Source: Nitrospirales bacterium (GTDB taxonomy: Bacteria > Nitrospirota > Nitrospiria > Nitrospirales > UBA8639). Taken from it: a DNA stretch of 64,000 nucleotides. The stretch lies in assembly GCA_965203295.1 (NCBI GenBank), contig CBDBCZ010000019.1, forward strand, positions 1,344,001 to 1,408,000, given 5' to 3'. Positions 19,497-29,481 of this stretch are shown piece by piece (position 1 is the first letter of the stretch; the number at the start of each line of letters is the position of its first letter). The position numbers were made by a program, and so were the translations under genes. The notes under the pieces are model-generated. The model did no database searches. It was not told the DNA's origin and saw nothing but the letters and a program-made list of their open reading frames with translations.

Positions 19497-21140
19497 ATGC
19501 GGATGTTGCTTATTTCCGGAATCATGCTGACTATTCTTCTTCTTGGGGCTCCAGCCTTTGCCGAGGTGTTTCCTGAATCTGGTCCTCCAGGGACCACGGT
19601 CACTATTGGTGGGGCTGAATTTGGTGAATTTATCTCCTCCGAGGTGAACCAAGTTCGATTTAATGGTGTGCCTGCCTTGATCCAATTGTGGGAGTCAGAT
19701 CTGATCATGGTCAAAGTACCTTTGGCAGCTCGCACTGGTTCGGTTTCCGTAAAAGGCTCCAAGAAAACCGTTTCGGTCGGTGAGTTTTCTGTAGAAAAGG
19801 TGCGAATTTCCAAGTTGGCTCCCCCAGAGGCCGAGCCAGGGTCGATTCTCGTTATTAAAGGAGAGCATTTTGGAAACACCGCTGGTTCCAGGGATCCGAA
19901 TACGATGTTCGGTGTGAACCGAGTTTTGATAAGCGGGATACGTGCCCCGGTTCAGAAATGGCGATCGACAAAAATAGAGGTCAAGATACCGGCTAATACG
20001 AAATCAGGTGATGTGGTGGTGCAATTGGCATCTTCAGATCCTTTACCTGATGGTTCATGTTGTGTCCCAGTTCAATACGCGATGAGTAATGCGGTGCCAT
20101 TGAAAATTATCCCCACAATTTCTTTCCAACCCACCAAGGGCCCTGTCGGCAGCAAAGTCGTGCTGAGCGGTCAAAATTTGGGTGAGCGGGACCTGGCTGG
20201 AGATTCGGTCTCTTTCAATGGATATCCTGCGGTTATTGCTCAGTGGACTGACCGAACTGTCGTTGTTCACGTTCCGCTTCATGCCACGACTGGACCCCTT
20301 GTCCTCAGGAGAGGGGAGAAAGAACGGAATTTGGGGGCCTTCTCCGTCGTACAAAGTAAAGTGGACAAGGTAGGTCCTCTAAGAGGTCCAATAGGGACTC
20401 TGGTTCACATTAAGGGCCAAAATTTTGGTGTATATTCAGAAAGCGGATCCACCGCGTACGCATTTGATTTCAACCCTGGTGAAAATAAGGTTGAAATTGG
20501 AGGAGTGCCTGCCATCATTCATCGTTGGCAGGACAATGAGATCAATGCCTGGGTCCCGTATAGTGCCAAAAGTGGGCCTATTGTCATCAAGCGAGGAGCG
20601 GTTGTCCCCAACCCTGATGGTTCATGTTGTGCTGAGCAAGATATGGTGAGTTTGAAAATAGGAGACTTTACAGTTGAAACCCCCACAGTGACATCCTATT
20701 CCCCCAAAGCGGCGGGATTAGACGAATTGGTGACCATCAAAGGGTCTGGCTTTGGGAATTTCATTAAAATTGCAGAACATACTCGAATGCAGGTGGCTCA
20801 AGAAGCCCATGATTGGAAAACCCCGCGTTTGGGACCTGACATCTCACGCAGTCAGGTGTGGATCAATGGTGTTGGAGCGGTCGTCGTGTCCTGGAAAGAA
20901 GACGAAATACAAGTCAGAGTTCCAAGAAGACATGCATTTGGGATTGGAAATCCTGAAGGGTTTGATGCAGACCTGACAAAGGGAGAAATTGTGGTCAAAC
21001 GTGGTTCGTGGGACATGAATGAAAAGGGGGAATGCTGTACCCCAAAACAATGGGTAAGTGCCTTAGCTGGAGAGTTCACTATCCTGCGTCGAGGCCTTCC
21101 CGATCCCAAACCTTTTCCCGATTACACGAATCAGGATTAA
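19497..21140 (+). CDS. Exported IPT/TIG-repeat protein with Cys-Cys motifs
   Basis: Signal peptide; repeated P..G..G..V.I.G.NFG...W....I.V.VP units; PDGSCC twice and KGECC once. Confidence 0.8.
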   Translation: MRMLLISGIMLTILLLGAPAFAEVFPESGPPGTTVTIGGAEFGEFISSEVNQVRFNGVPALIQLWESDLIMVKVPLAARTGSVSVKGSKKTVSVGEFSVEKVRISKLAPPEAEPGSILVIKGEHFGNTAGSRDPNTMFGVNRVLISGIRAPVQKWRSTKIEVKIPANTKSGDVVVQLASSDPLPDGSCCVPVQYAMSNAVPLKIIPTISFQPTKGPVGSKVVLSGQNLGERDLAGDSVSFNGYPAVIAQWTDRTVVVHVPLHATTGPLVLRRGEKERNLGAFSVVQSKVDKVGPLRGPIGTLVHIKGQNFGVYSESGSTAYAFDFNPGENKVEIGGVPAIIHRWQDNEINAWVPYSAKSGPIVIKRGAVVPNPDGSCCAEQDMVSLKIGDFTVETPTVTSYSPKAAGLDELVTIKGSGFGNFIKIAEHTRMQVAQEAHDWKTPRLGPDISRSQVWINGVGAVVVSWKEDEIQVRVPRRHAFGIGNPEGFDADLTKGEIVVKRGSWDMNEKGECCTPKQWVSALAGEFTILRRGLPDPKPFPDYTNQD

Positions 21141-21148
21141 ACACCCCA

Positions 21149-22147
21149 ATGAACGTTCATCAATTTAATCTCCCCATGGTCAAGTCGTTGTTTCTCCTGA
21201 CCTTGTTTTTTTGTGTGTTCGGACTATCTCCCGGAACCGTCCTTTATGCGGGTCAATTGGAAATTCCCACCTTAAACCAAGAAAGTGGGACACAAGTAAC
21301 GCTCCTAGATACTTTTTTTATAGACGCTCAAGTGGGATGGGCGGTTGGAGCTGGCGGCGTTATTTTACATACGACCGATGGTGGTCAAACTTGGAAGTCC
21401 ATTCCGCGGCGTACCAATGCCCTCCTGACTCATGTCTTCTTTGTTAATCATGCTCATGGGTGGATTGTTGGACAAAATGGGACGATTTTGCATTCTTCTG
21501 ATGTAGGCAAAAAGTGGAAGAGACAAATGAGTGGAACAACAGCCACACTGTACGGCGTGTATTTTTTTGATGAACAAAAAGGATGGATCGTCGGATCTCG
21601 TGGAACCATTCTTTCTACCCTTGATGGTGGACAGACTTGGGAAGACCAGTGTAGTAAAACCTCTGCAGATTTATTTGGCATTCGTTTTGTTGACCAAGAA
21701 CAAGGCTGGGTGGCTGGTGCGCTGGGGAATGTGTTGAAAACTCAGGATGGAGGTCACACCTGGGTTCAACAAAAAACCAATAGTTTTGTTACGTTTTTTG
21801 ATGTGTTTCTTACGGATGCGAAAACGGGTTGGGTTGTTGGAACCCAGGGCGCCATGTTTCAGACCATGTCCGGGGGAGAAAAATGGATTGACCGAACTCG
21901 TCCTTGCGGATCTCCTTGTATTCGGCCGCCTGATTTAGTTCGTGTGCGGTTTACGAATCAACGTACCGGCTGGGTGATTGGACAAAGAGGGACCTTGCTG
22001 TATACAACAGACGCAGGCTTTACTTGGACAAAACCTGAACTTCCATCTCCAATTTCTTTGTATGGCTTGAGCTTTCCCAACCATGCAGAAGGTTGGGCAG
22101 TGGGTGATCGAGGGGCTATTCTGAAGTTATCCAGCCCGTTAAAATAA
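21149..22147 (+). CDS. YCF48/HCF136-like Asp-box beta-propeller protein
   Basis: Repeated GW.VG..G.IL.T.DGG.TW units; hydrophobic N-terminus. Confidence 0.88.
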   Translation: MNVHQFNLPMVKSLFLLTLFFCVFGLSPGTVLYAGQLEIPTLNQESGTQVTLLDTFFIDAQVGWAVGAGGVILHTTDGGQTWKSIPRRTNALLTHVFFVNHAHGWIVGQNGTILHSSDVGKKWKRQMSGTTATLYGVYFFDEQKGWIVGSRGTILSTLDGGQTWEDQCSKTSADLFGIRFVDQEQGWVAGALGNVLKTQDGGHTWVQQKTNSFVTFFDVFLTDAKTGWVVGTQGAMFQTMSGGEKWIDRTRPCGSPCIRPPDLVRVRFTNQRTGWVIGQRGTLLYTTDAGFTWTKPELPSPISLYGLSFPNHAEGWAVGDRGAILKLSSPLK

Positions 22148-22162
22148 ACCTCAGAATTTTTA

Positions 22163-22900
22163 TCACAAGTTTCCTAAACGGCTTTGCAGAATACTTATTG
22201 AAGCGATCGCAGCTGTTTCCCCACGTAGAATTTGTTCTCCCAACGTAACTGACACAAAGCCATTTCTTGCGGCCGTCTCCATTTCCTCTTCGCTCCACCC
22301 TCCTTCTGGGCCTACAGTCAGGACCACATGATCAATTGGATCCTGAGGCAACGGAAGCACGGATAAACGCTCTCCTCCAACTCGTTCTGAAAGAATGATG
22401 TTCAGTGTTGAAGACTGAGCCTGGTTCAAAAACTCCGAGACAAGACTGGGGAAGGCTACTTGAGTGATTTCCCACTGTTCGGATTGTTGTGCAGCCTCGT
22501 GTGCAATCCGTTGCCAGCGTTCTTGATAATCTGAAAGTTTGGATAACTCTGGGCGAATGATGACTCGGCTCGACAATAAGGGAATGATTGTCGACACTCC
22601 AAGTTCCGTGGCTTTTTGAACAACCCAGTTCATCCGTTCACTTTTCAAAACAGCTTGCGCGATAGACAATTTCGTTCCTTTTGGCGTGTGGCCGACTTCT
22701 TGATGGAAGATTTCCGCTTCCACATGATGTGGAGTGATTTTGGTGATTTTGGCACGGAAGCGTTTTCTCTTGTTGCCTCCAAAGACAATGGTCTCTCCTA
22801 CGCGTACGCGAAGACTTTTTGCTAAATGGGTTCGCAGAGGCTCGGAAACTCTGACAAGATTTCCTTCAATGTCTGTGGGGGTGACAAAAAATATGGGCAT
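22163..22900 (-). CDS. rsmE: 16S rRNA m3U1498 methyltransferase
   Basis: HLAKSLRV, VQKATELGV, VGPEGGWS, LGEQILRGETA. Confidence 0.95.
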   Translation of the reverse strand: MPIFFVTPTDIEGNLVRVSEPLRTHLAKSLRVRVGETIVFGGNKRKRFRAKITKITPHHVEAEIFHQEVGHTPKGTKLSIAQAVLKSERMNWVVQKATELGVSTIIPLLSSRVIIRPELSKLSDYQERWQRIAHEAAQQSEQWEITQVAFPSLVSEFLNQAQSSTLNIILSERVGGERLSVLPLPQDPIDHVVLTVGPEGGWSEEEMETAARNGFVSVTLGEQILRGETAAIASISILQSRLGNL

Positions 22901-22946
22901 GGAGAGAAGGGGAGCGAGAAGGAGGAAGAGAAAATAAATGAACGTC

Positions 22947-24071
22947 TCATTCAAACATGTTTTTTACCTTATCGAATATTCCCTCCCCATGACCGTCACT
23001 ATCGAGGCCTGATTCTTTGGCAAAGTCGGTTAAAATTTCCTTTTGTCGAGAATTTAATTTTGTTGGAATTTGAATTTTTACTCGAATAAGTTGGTCACCC
23101 AGTTGTTGATTTTTCAAAGCTGGAGCCCCTTGCCCTTTGAGGCGAAGCATTCGGTCATGTTGGGTTCCCTCCGGGATTTTCACGACAGTGCTACCTTTAA
23201 GAGTTGGTACTTCGACTTTGCCCCCAAGGGTTGCTGTCGCGAAATGCAAGGGAAGATCAACCACAATATCATTTCCCTTTCTGGTGAAGACGGGATGACG
23301 TCTAACCGAAATGGCAACATACAGGTCTCCTGGTGGTCCTCCATTGGGCCCATGTTCGCCCTCATGAGACATTCGTAGGCGCATGCCTGTTTCAATTCCG
23401 GCAGGAATCGTCACCGCAAGAGTCCGCTCCTTGTATAGGCGTTTTTGTCCGCGACACGTTGGACAGGGCTCTGAAATGATTTGACCAGAGCCTTGACATT
23501 GTCCACAGGGGCGGCTAATGGAGAAAAACCCTTGTTGGAGCCGAACTTGACCTGTACCGCGACAACCTGGACAGGTCTTGATCGCGTTGTCAGATTTTGC
23601 CCCGCTTCCATGACATGATGAACAGCCTTCCCATCTGGGAATTTTTAACTTGGCCTCTTTTCCGTAAATTGCCTCTTCAAATGAAAGCTCAAGGTTGTAT
23701 TGAAGATCAGAACCTTGTTCTGTACGGCTACGACCTCGTCCTCCACCAAAAAAGTCTTCGAAGATGTCCCCAAACACATCTCCGAAGCCACGGCTAAAAT
23801 CAAATCCCTCTGCTCCACCAAATCCCTGGGGTCCAGCAGAATGACCGAACATGTCATATTTTTTTCGTAGTTCCGAGTTGCTCAGTACTTCATAGGCTTC
23901 ATTAGCTTCCTTGAATTTTTCTTCAGCTTTTTTCTTCTCTTGCGGGTTTTTTTGCAGGTCGGGATGATGTTGACGGGCGAGCTTCCGAAAAGCCTTTTTA
24001 ATGTCATCATCCGACGCGTTTCGGTCTACGTCGAGGACTTCGTAATAATCACGTTTTGCCACAGGTGCCAT
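22947..24071 (-). CDS. dnaJ: Chaperone DnaJ
   Basis: J-domain HPD, G/F region and four CxxCxGxG-type repeats. Confidence 0.99.
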   Translation of the reverse strand: MAPVAKRDYYEVLDVDRNASDDDIKKAFRKLARQHHPDLQKNPQEKKKAEEKFKEANEAYEVLSNSELRKKYDMFGHSAGPQGFGGAEGFDFSRGFGDVFGDIFEDFFGGGRGRSRTEQGSDLQYNLELSFEEAIYGKEAKLKIPRWEGCSSCHGSGAKSDNAIKTCPGCRGTGQVRLQQGFFSISRPCGQCQGSGQIISEPCPTCRGQKRLYKERTLAVTIPAGIETGMRLRMSHEGEHGPNGGPPGDLYVAISVRRHPVFTRKGNDIVVDLPLHFATATLGGKVEVPTLKGSTVVKIPEGTQHDRMLRLKGQGAPALKNQQLGDQLIRVKIQIPTKLNSRQKEILTDFAKESGLDSDGHGEGIFDKVKNMFE

Positions 24072-24155
24072 CTTTCACTCGATTGAAGGGTGTGGGTAGT
24101 CGCGGGTCATTCGATACCTGCGTATTGAAAAAGGTTGAACTCCTTGACTCCTGTA

Positions 24156-26099
24156 TTATTTTTTGTCCTTTTCGACTTCTTCAAATTCAGCATCGACGAC
24201 TTTTTCGTCATGAGCTGATGAGCCTGTTGTTTCATCGCTGGAAGAATCCGAGGAATTGTTTGATGTGGTGGAAGCGCCGGCTGCGGCTTCCGCTGAAGTC
24301 TTTTTGTACATCTCTTCCGCGAGTTTATGAGAGGCGGTGGTGAGGGCTTCCATCGCGAATTTCATCGTCCCAACATCATCTCCCTCCATCGCTTTTTTCA
24401 TATCCTCAACCGCTTGGGTGATTTTGGTCCTTTCCTCCTCGGCAATTTTCTCCCCATGTTCCGTAAGGTTCTTTTCAGTGGTGTAAATTAAATTATCGGC
24501 TTGGTTGCGAACCTCCACAATTTCACGTCGTTTCTTATCTTCTTCGGTATGTGCCTGAGCCTCTTTCACCAAGCGATCGACCTCTTCTTTGCTCAAACCG
24601 CTTGATGCCGTGATTTTGATAGACTGTTCTTTCTGAGTTGCCATGTCCTTGGCTGAAACATGGACAATTCCATTAGCGTCAATATCGAATGCCACCTCAA
24701 TTTGCGGCATTCCTCGGGGAGCGATGGGGATTCCCACCAAATCAAATTGCCCGAGCAACTTGTTATCGTTGGCCATTTCCCGTTCACCTTGGGAGACACG
24801 GATAGTCACGGCAGTTTGATTGTCGGCTGCCGTGGAAAAGATTTGGCTCTTTTTGGTAGGGATCGTCGTGTTCCGATCAATCAGGCGGGTAAAAACCCCG
24901 CCTAGAGTTTCAATGCCCAAGGAGAGAGGAGTCACGTCCAAAAGAAGAACATCCTTCACATCACCTTTTAATACCCCTCCTTGAATGGCCGCTCCGATTG
25001 CGACAACTTCATCTGGATTGACCCCACGGTGGGGCTCTTTCCCGAAGTATTCCTTCACTCGTTGAATGACCTTCGGCATGCGTGTCATTCCCCCGACGAG
25101 GACGACTTCATTGATTTCGCTCGTGGAAACTCCAGCGTCAGCAAGGGCTTTTTTACACGGCTCAATCGATCGATCGATCAGGTCATTGACCAATTGCTCG
25201 AGTTTGGACCGAGTCAGTTTGAGAACCATGTGCTTCGGACCGCTTGCATCAGCGGTAATAAAGGGAAGATTAATTTCTGCTTCTTGGGAAGAAGACAGCT
25301 CAATTTTTGCTCGTTCTGCGGACTTTTTTAGTCGTTGCAAGGCCATACGGTCGTTTCGTAGATCGATCCCCTGGTTTTTCTTGAATTCATCTACCAACCA
25401 ATCAATGATTTTTAGGTCAAAGTCATCACCGCCCAAATAGGTATCCCCGTTGGTTGCTTTGACCTCAAAGACCCCTTCCCCAATTTCAAGAATTGAGATA
25501 TCGAACGTCCCACCGCCCAAATCATAGACGGCAATTCGCTCTTCTTTTTTCTTGTCGAGCCCGTAGGCAAGTGAGGCGGCCGTGGGTTCGTTGATGATCC
25601 TGAGGACATTCAACCCTGCAATTTGACCGGCATCTTTGGTAGCTTGTCGTTGGTTATCATCAAAATAGGCTGGGACTGTAATAACGGCATCTGTCACTTT
25701 TTCCCCAAGATAATCCTCCGCTGTCTGCCTCATTTTTTGGAGAATCATGGCAGAAACCTCAGAGGGGCTATATCGTTTTCCCCTAATTTCAACATTGGCG
25801 TCGCCATGTGACCCTTCCACGATTTTATACGGTAGCCGTTTCGTGGCATCTTTGACCTCAGGGGCATTGATTTTTCTTCCCATCAGTCTCTTGACGGAAA
25901 AGATCGTATTTTCGGGATTGGTAATAGCTTGACGCTTGGCAATTTGTCCGACCAACCGTTCATCTTTGTCATTGATGGCTAGGATTGATGGTGTTGTTCT
26001 GGCCCCTTCCGAATTGGCTATGACCTCGGGGTCACCCCCGCTCATGACAGACACGCAGGAATTCGTCGTTCCCAAATCGATCCCAATAATCTTACTCAT
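24156..26099 (-). CDS. dnaK: Chaperone DnaK
   Basis: [32 protein letters not shown]. Confidence 0.99.
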   Translation of the reverse strand: MSKIIGIDLGTTNSCVSVMSGGDPEVIANSEGARTTPSILAINDKDERLVGQIAKRQAITNPENTIFSVKRLMGRKINAPEVKDATKRLPYKIVEGSHGDANVEIRGKRYSPSEVSAMILQKMRQTAEDYLGEKVTDAVITVPAYFDDNQRQATKDAGQIAGLNVLRIINEPTAASLAYGLDKKKEERIAVYDLGGGTFDISILEIGEGVFEVKATNGDTYLGGDDFDLKIIDWLVDEFKKNQGIDLRNDRMALQRLKKSAERAKIELSSSQEAEINLPFITADASGPKHMVLKLTRSKLEQLVNDLIDRSIEPCKKALADAGVSTSEINEVVLVGGMTRMPKVIQRVKEYFGKEPHRGVNPDEVVAIGAAIQGGVLKGDVKDVLLLDVTPLSLGIETLGGVFTRLIDRNTTIPTKKSQIFSTAADNQTAVTIRVSQGEREMANDNKLLGQFDLVGIPIAPRGMPQIEVAFDIDANGIVHVSAKDMATQKEQSIKITASSGLSKEEVDRLVKEAQAHTEEDKKRREIVEVRNQADNLIYTTEKNLTEHGEKIAEEERTKITQAVEDMKKAMEGDDVGTMKFAMEALTTASHKLAEEMYKKTSAEAAAGASTTSNNSSDSSSDETTGSSAHDEKVVDAEFEEVEKDKK

Positions 26100-26758
26100 G
26101 TGTTTTCCCCTCCCTCCTCAGAGGCATTATCTTCCTTGGATGTTGGTCCTTGTTCTGGTTTTGCCATAGCAACGGTCACCATAGCTGGTCGCAAAATCCG
26201 ATTGTGGAGGAAATACCCTTTTTGATATTCCTCCACAACAGAATTGGGCGGCACAGTCGTGGATTCGACTTGAGCCACAGCTTGATGTTTGGTTGGATCA
26301 AATTGCTCGCCGACACTTGATATTTGGCTGACGCCCAATTTCGCTAATGTGTCAAGAAATTGTTTGAGCGTTAGTTTCACACCTTGTAACAAACTATCCA
26401 AGGATGGTTGCTCATGACCACAATGGAGAGCTCGTTCCAAGGTATCAATGGTAGGCAATAAGTCTTTTAAAAGTCTTTCATTGGCGTAGTTTGCGGTGTC
26501 TTTCTGATCGCGATTCGCACGCCGCTTATAGTTTTCGAATTCTGCCGCCAAGCGGAGGTATTTATCATTTAAAGAATGAAGTTCTTCCTTATTGGATGTG
26601 AGTTCATCTTGTATGGGTTTGACTTCCTTATTTACCTGAATTTTCTCTGATGTTTCTTCAGAGGGCAGACTATCATTTTGTTGAGCGGCCTCTGTATTCT
26701 GCCCTTGAGATTCGGTCGATGGCGTGCTATCGATTTCAGTTTGGTCTTGAGTTCCCAT
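26096..26758 (-). CDS. grpE: Nucleotide exchange factor GrpE
   Basis: [36 protein letters not shown]. Confidence 0.97.
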   Translation of the reverse strand: MGTQDQTEIDSTPSTESQGQNTEAAQQNDSLPSEETSEKIQVNKEVKPIQDELTSNKEELHSLNDKYLRLAAEFENYKRRANRDQKDTANYANERLLKDLLPTIDTLERALHCGHEQPSLDSLLQGVKLTLKQFLDTLAKLGVSQISSVGEQFDPTKHQAVAQVESTTVPPNSVVEEYQKGYFLHNRILRPAMVTVAMAKPEQGPTSKEDNASEEGGENT

Positions 26759-26883
26759 AACTCTCCCCAGGAATTTTCCTCAGATAATCCTTCAGATAGT
26801 CATGGAGTTGGTGAAGTCAACCCAAGGGACAAAAAATGCTGAAAAATTGGACTTTTTTATTCGCCTGTGGATAAGTGGAAAGA

Positions 26884-27663
26884 TTACGAGCCTTTGCGAA
26901 CTCGCTGATAAAGAAAATCAAGTCCTTCCAAGGTCAGAAAGGGTCTGACTTCTTGAATTGTACGAGAAATTGGGGCAATGACCGAGGCAAAGCCTCCTGT
27001 GGCTATCACGGTAGGATTACTGGCTATTTCCTGTTTGACTCGTGACACAATTTCATCAACGAGTCCCGTAAATCCGAAAATCACTCCAGATTGTATGCTA
27101 CTGACGGTATCTTTCCCGATGACGGATTCGGGACATGTCAGATCGACAGTAGGAAGTTTGGCTGTATTTTCATGAAGCGAATCAGCGGCGTTTTTTAAAC
27201 CAGGGGCGATTGCCCCTCCAAGATATTCCCCCCTTTCTGTGATTGTACAAAACGTCGTCGCGGTTCCGAAATCGACAATGGTCAGGTTCGTCTTATACCG
27301 ATGAAACCCTGCAGCCGCATTGACTAACCGATCAGTTCCTATTTCTTGAGGGTGAGGGTATTGCAATATCAATCCTAAAGGGAAATCGGCTGTGACAATA
27401 AGAGGTGTATGATCAAAAAAAGCTTCTATCATGGCATAGAGTGTCGGAGTAATGGGGGGCACCACGCTGGAGATGATGCTCCCTGTAATACGCTCTGGGG
27501 CTAGTGGTAGACTGCGGAGCAGCGACAGGAAAAGAATTCCATACTCATCAGCGGTCTTGATCGGGTCAGAGGCCAAACGCCAAGACCCAAGTAGTTGGTG
27601 GTCTTCAAATACCCCCCAAACAATCTGGGAGTTTCCTATATCAATGGCAATATGCAAGGGCAT
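26884..27663 (-). CDS. coaX: Type III pantothenate kinase
   Basis: IDIGNS, IGTDR, VDFGTATT, ATGG, LTLEGL. Confidence 0.96.
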   Translation of the reverse strand: MPLHIAIDIGNSQIVWGVFEDHQLLGSWRLASDPIKTADEYGILFLSLLRSLPLAPERITGSIISSVVPPITPTLYAMIEAFFDHTPLIVTADFPLGLILQYPHPQEIGTDRLVNAAAGFHRYKTNLTIVDFGTATTFCTITERGEYLGGAIAPGLKNAADSLHENTAKLPTVDLTCPESVIGKDTVSSIQSGVIFGFTGLVDEIVSRVKQEIASNPTVIATGGFASVIAPISRTIQEVRPFLTLEGLDFLYQRVRKGS

Positions 27664-27739
27664 CCTTATCTGTGGAAAAATATCGTAAGGGAAAAGAGCC
27701 GATCATCATTGAGAGCAAGGGTGGGTTAAGAGATGTTAG

Positions 27740-28588
27740 TCAACGGACATGGATTATATCGCCGGACCGAATCTTGATGATCCCATTTTCCAGTGAAGGA
27801 AAACAGATTTCAGTGAGAGTCGGTCTTATGTGAAGTGCACCATCGAGACCAATATCTTCCGCCAAACCCTCAAGGCATGCTCCAGAAGCTAAATCCACAC
27901 GAATCTTCTGGCCGATCGTAGAGCAGAGGGAAAGGTAGCAGTCTCGAATCGTCTCGAAGTATCGTTTTTCAAGAAGGGTGAGGTTTCCTGCCAAGATGGC
28001 AAGGATTGAGGATATGAGTCGATTTCGGTCTTGGATCTTGCCGGTTTCAATAGAAAGAGATGTGGCGACATCTTGCAGCTCTGGCGGAAAGTCTTCTTTT
28101 CTCATATTGACGTTAATACCGAATCCGCTCACGACACAATACCGATTGCGACTATCGGTGATGCCTTCGCATAAAACCCCGCCCAATTTATGTGATTGGA
28201 TCACAATGTCATTTGGCCATTTCAAGCTGAGTCGAATGCCTAATTCTTTGTGCAACGATTCGATAATTGACATTCCTGTCAATAAGGGAAGCCAAGATAA
28301 TTGACTTGAAGAAGAAGGGATTTCAAGAATGACTGAACAATAGAGATTGTGGTTGGGTGGTGAAAACCATTGACGGTCGAGTCGGCCACGTCCACTTGTT
28401 TGTCTTTCGGCAAGGACGACTGTTCCATGGGAGGCACCGTTTCTAAACAGGGTGGTTGCCGTCATATTGGTAGATTCCACTTCCTTCTCGATGGAGAGGA
28501 CTTGCCCAATTCTGTCAGTTCTTAAAAGGGATTGAATGATTGGGGCCGATAATGATGAGGGCGCCTGAAAATGGTTCATGGATTCCAA
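27740..28588 (-). CDS. birA: Biotin--[acetyl-CoA carboxylase] ligase (no HTH)
   Basis: STN, QTSGRGRLDRQW, LKWPND, KLGGVL, GFGINVN. Confidence 0.95.
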   Translation of the reverse strand: MESMNHFQAPSSLSAPIIQSLLRTDRIGQVLSIEKEVESTNMTATTLFRNGASHGTVVLAERQTSGRGRLDRQWFSPPNHNLYCSVILEIPSSSSQLSWLPLLTGMSIIESLHKELGIRLSLKWPNDIVIQSHKLGGVLCEGITDSRNRYCVVSGFGINVNMRKEDFPPELQDVATSLSIETGKIQDRNRLISSILAILAGNLTLLEKRYFETIRDCYLSLCSTIGQKIRVDLASGACLEGLAEDIGLDGALHIRPTLTEICFPSLENGIIKIRSGDIIHVR

Positions 28589-28611
28589 GAGCGCTAAGGA
28601 TTGTAATTTTC

Positions 28612-29481
28612 TTAATGGGATGACTTCACAAATCCTAGGTGAATATCCACGGCCGGGGCTGAATGAGTCAGAGCCCCGATGGAAATAAAATCTGCTCCGG
28701 CGGCTGCAAATTCTCTCACATTTTCCAACGACACTCCTCCAGAGACTTCTACCTGAGCTCGGCCTTTCAGGAGTTCTACCGCGTCTCGTACCTGATGGGG
28801 GGACATGTTGTCCAGTAAAATGATGTCTGCCGCTCCCTCTAATGCCTCGTGCACTTGTTTCAGAGTTTCGACTTCAACGGTAATTCTGAAACCGTGAGGT
28901 CCTTGCGTTCTGGCTTGACGACAAGCTTGGGAAATTGAAATGTTTTGGGTCTCAAGAAGAGACAAGTGGTTGTCTTTTATCAATACGCCATCGCTGAGAG
29001 AGAAGCGATGGTTATGTCCGCCTCCAATTTGAACAGCCCATTTTTGAAGAAGTCGTAACCCGGGAGTCGTTTTTCTGGTGTCAAGGATCTTAGCGGGATA
29101 ACCGCGAATAGCTTGGCAGAATTTGCTCGTCAAATTTGCGATACCAGAGAGATGTTGCAGGAAATTTAAGGCGACCCTCTCTCCTATCAGGATAGAACGT
29201 GCTGTTCCTTGGATGGTCAACAATGTTTGATGAGCAGAAACAACCTGGCCATCTAAGCAATGCCCGGTGACCTGAAGATCTGAATCAATTTCCCGAAATA
29301 CCTCTTGAGCGACGACAACTCCAGCAACGGTCAATCCCTGGCAGGCTCTTATGTGGGCTTCCGCCTGAACCTCTGAAGAGATGAGCGTGTTCGTGGTCAC
29401 ATCACTGTGAGCAAGGTCCTCTTTGATGGCCAGATGAATCACTTGCCGAGCATGCTGAAGGGGAAAGGGAGTTGATTGCAT
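28612..29481 (-). CDS. nadC: Quinolinate phosphoribosyltransferase
   Basis: GERVALN, DTRKTTPG, NHRFSLSD, IKDNH, LLDNM, EVSGG. Confidence 0.97.
   Translation of the reverse strand: MQSTPFPLQHARQVIHLAIKEDLAHSDVTTNTLISSEVQAEAHIRACQGLTVAGVVVAQEVFREIDSDLQVTGHCLDGQVVSAHQTLLTIQGTARSILIGERVALNFLQHLSGIANLTSKFCQAIRGYPAKILDTRKTTPGLRLLQKWAVQIGGGHNHRFSLSDGVLIKDNHLSLLETQNISISQACRQARTQGPHGFRITVEVETLKQVHEALEGAADIILLDNMSPHQVRDAVELLKGRAQVEVSGGVSLENVREFAAAGADFISIGALTHSAPAVDIHLGFVKSSH

Noticed and set aside
26759..26883. HrcA/CIRCE operator upstream of grpE-dnaK-dnaJ
   Set aside because: No TTAGCACTC-N9-GAGTGCTAA match is visible and there is no hrcA gene in the window.
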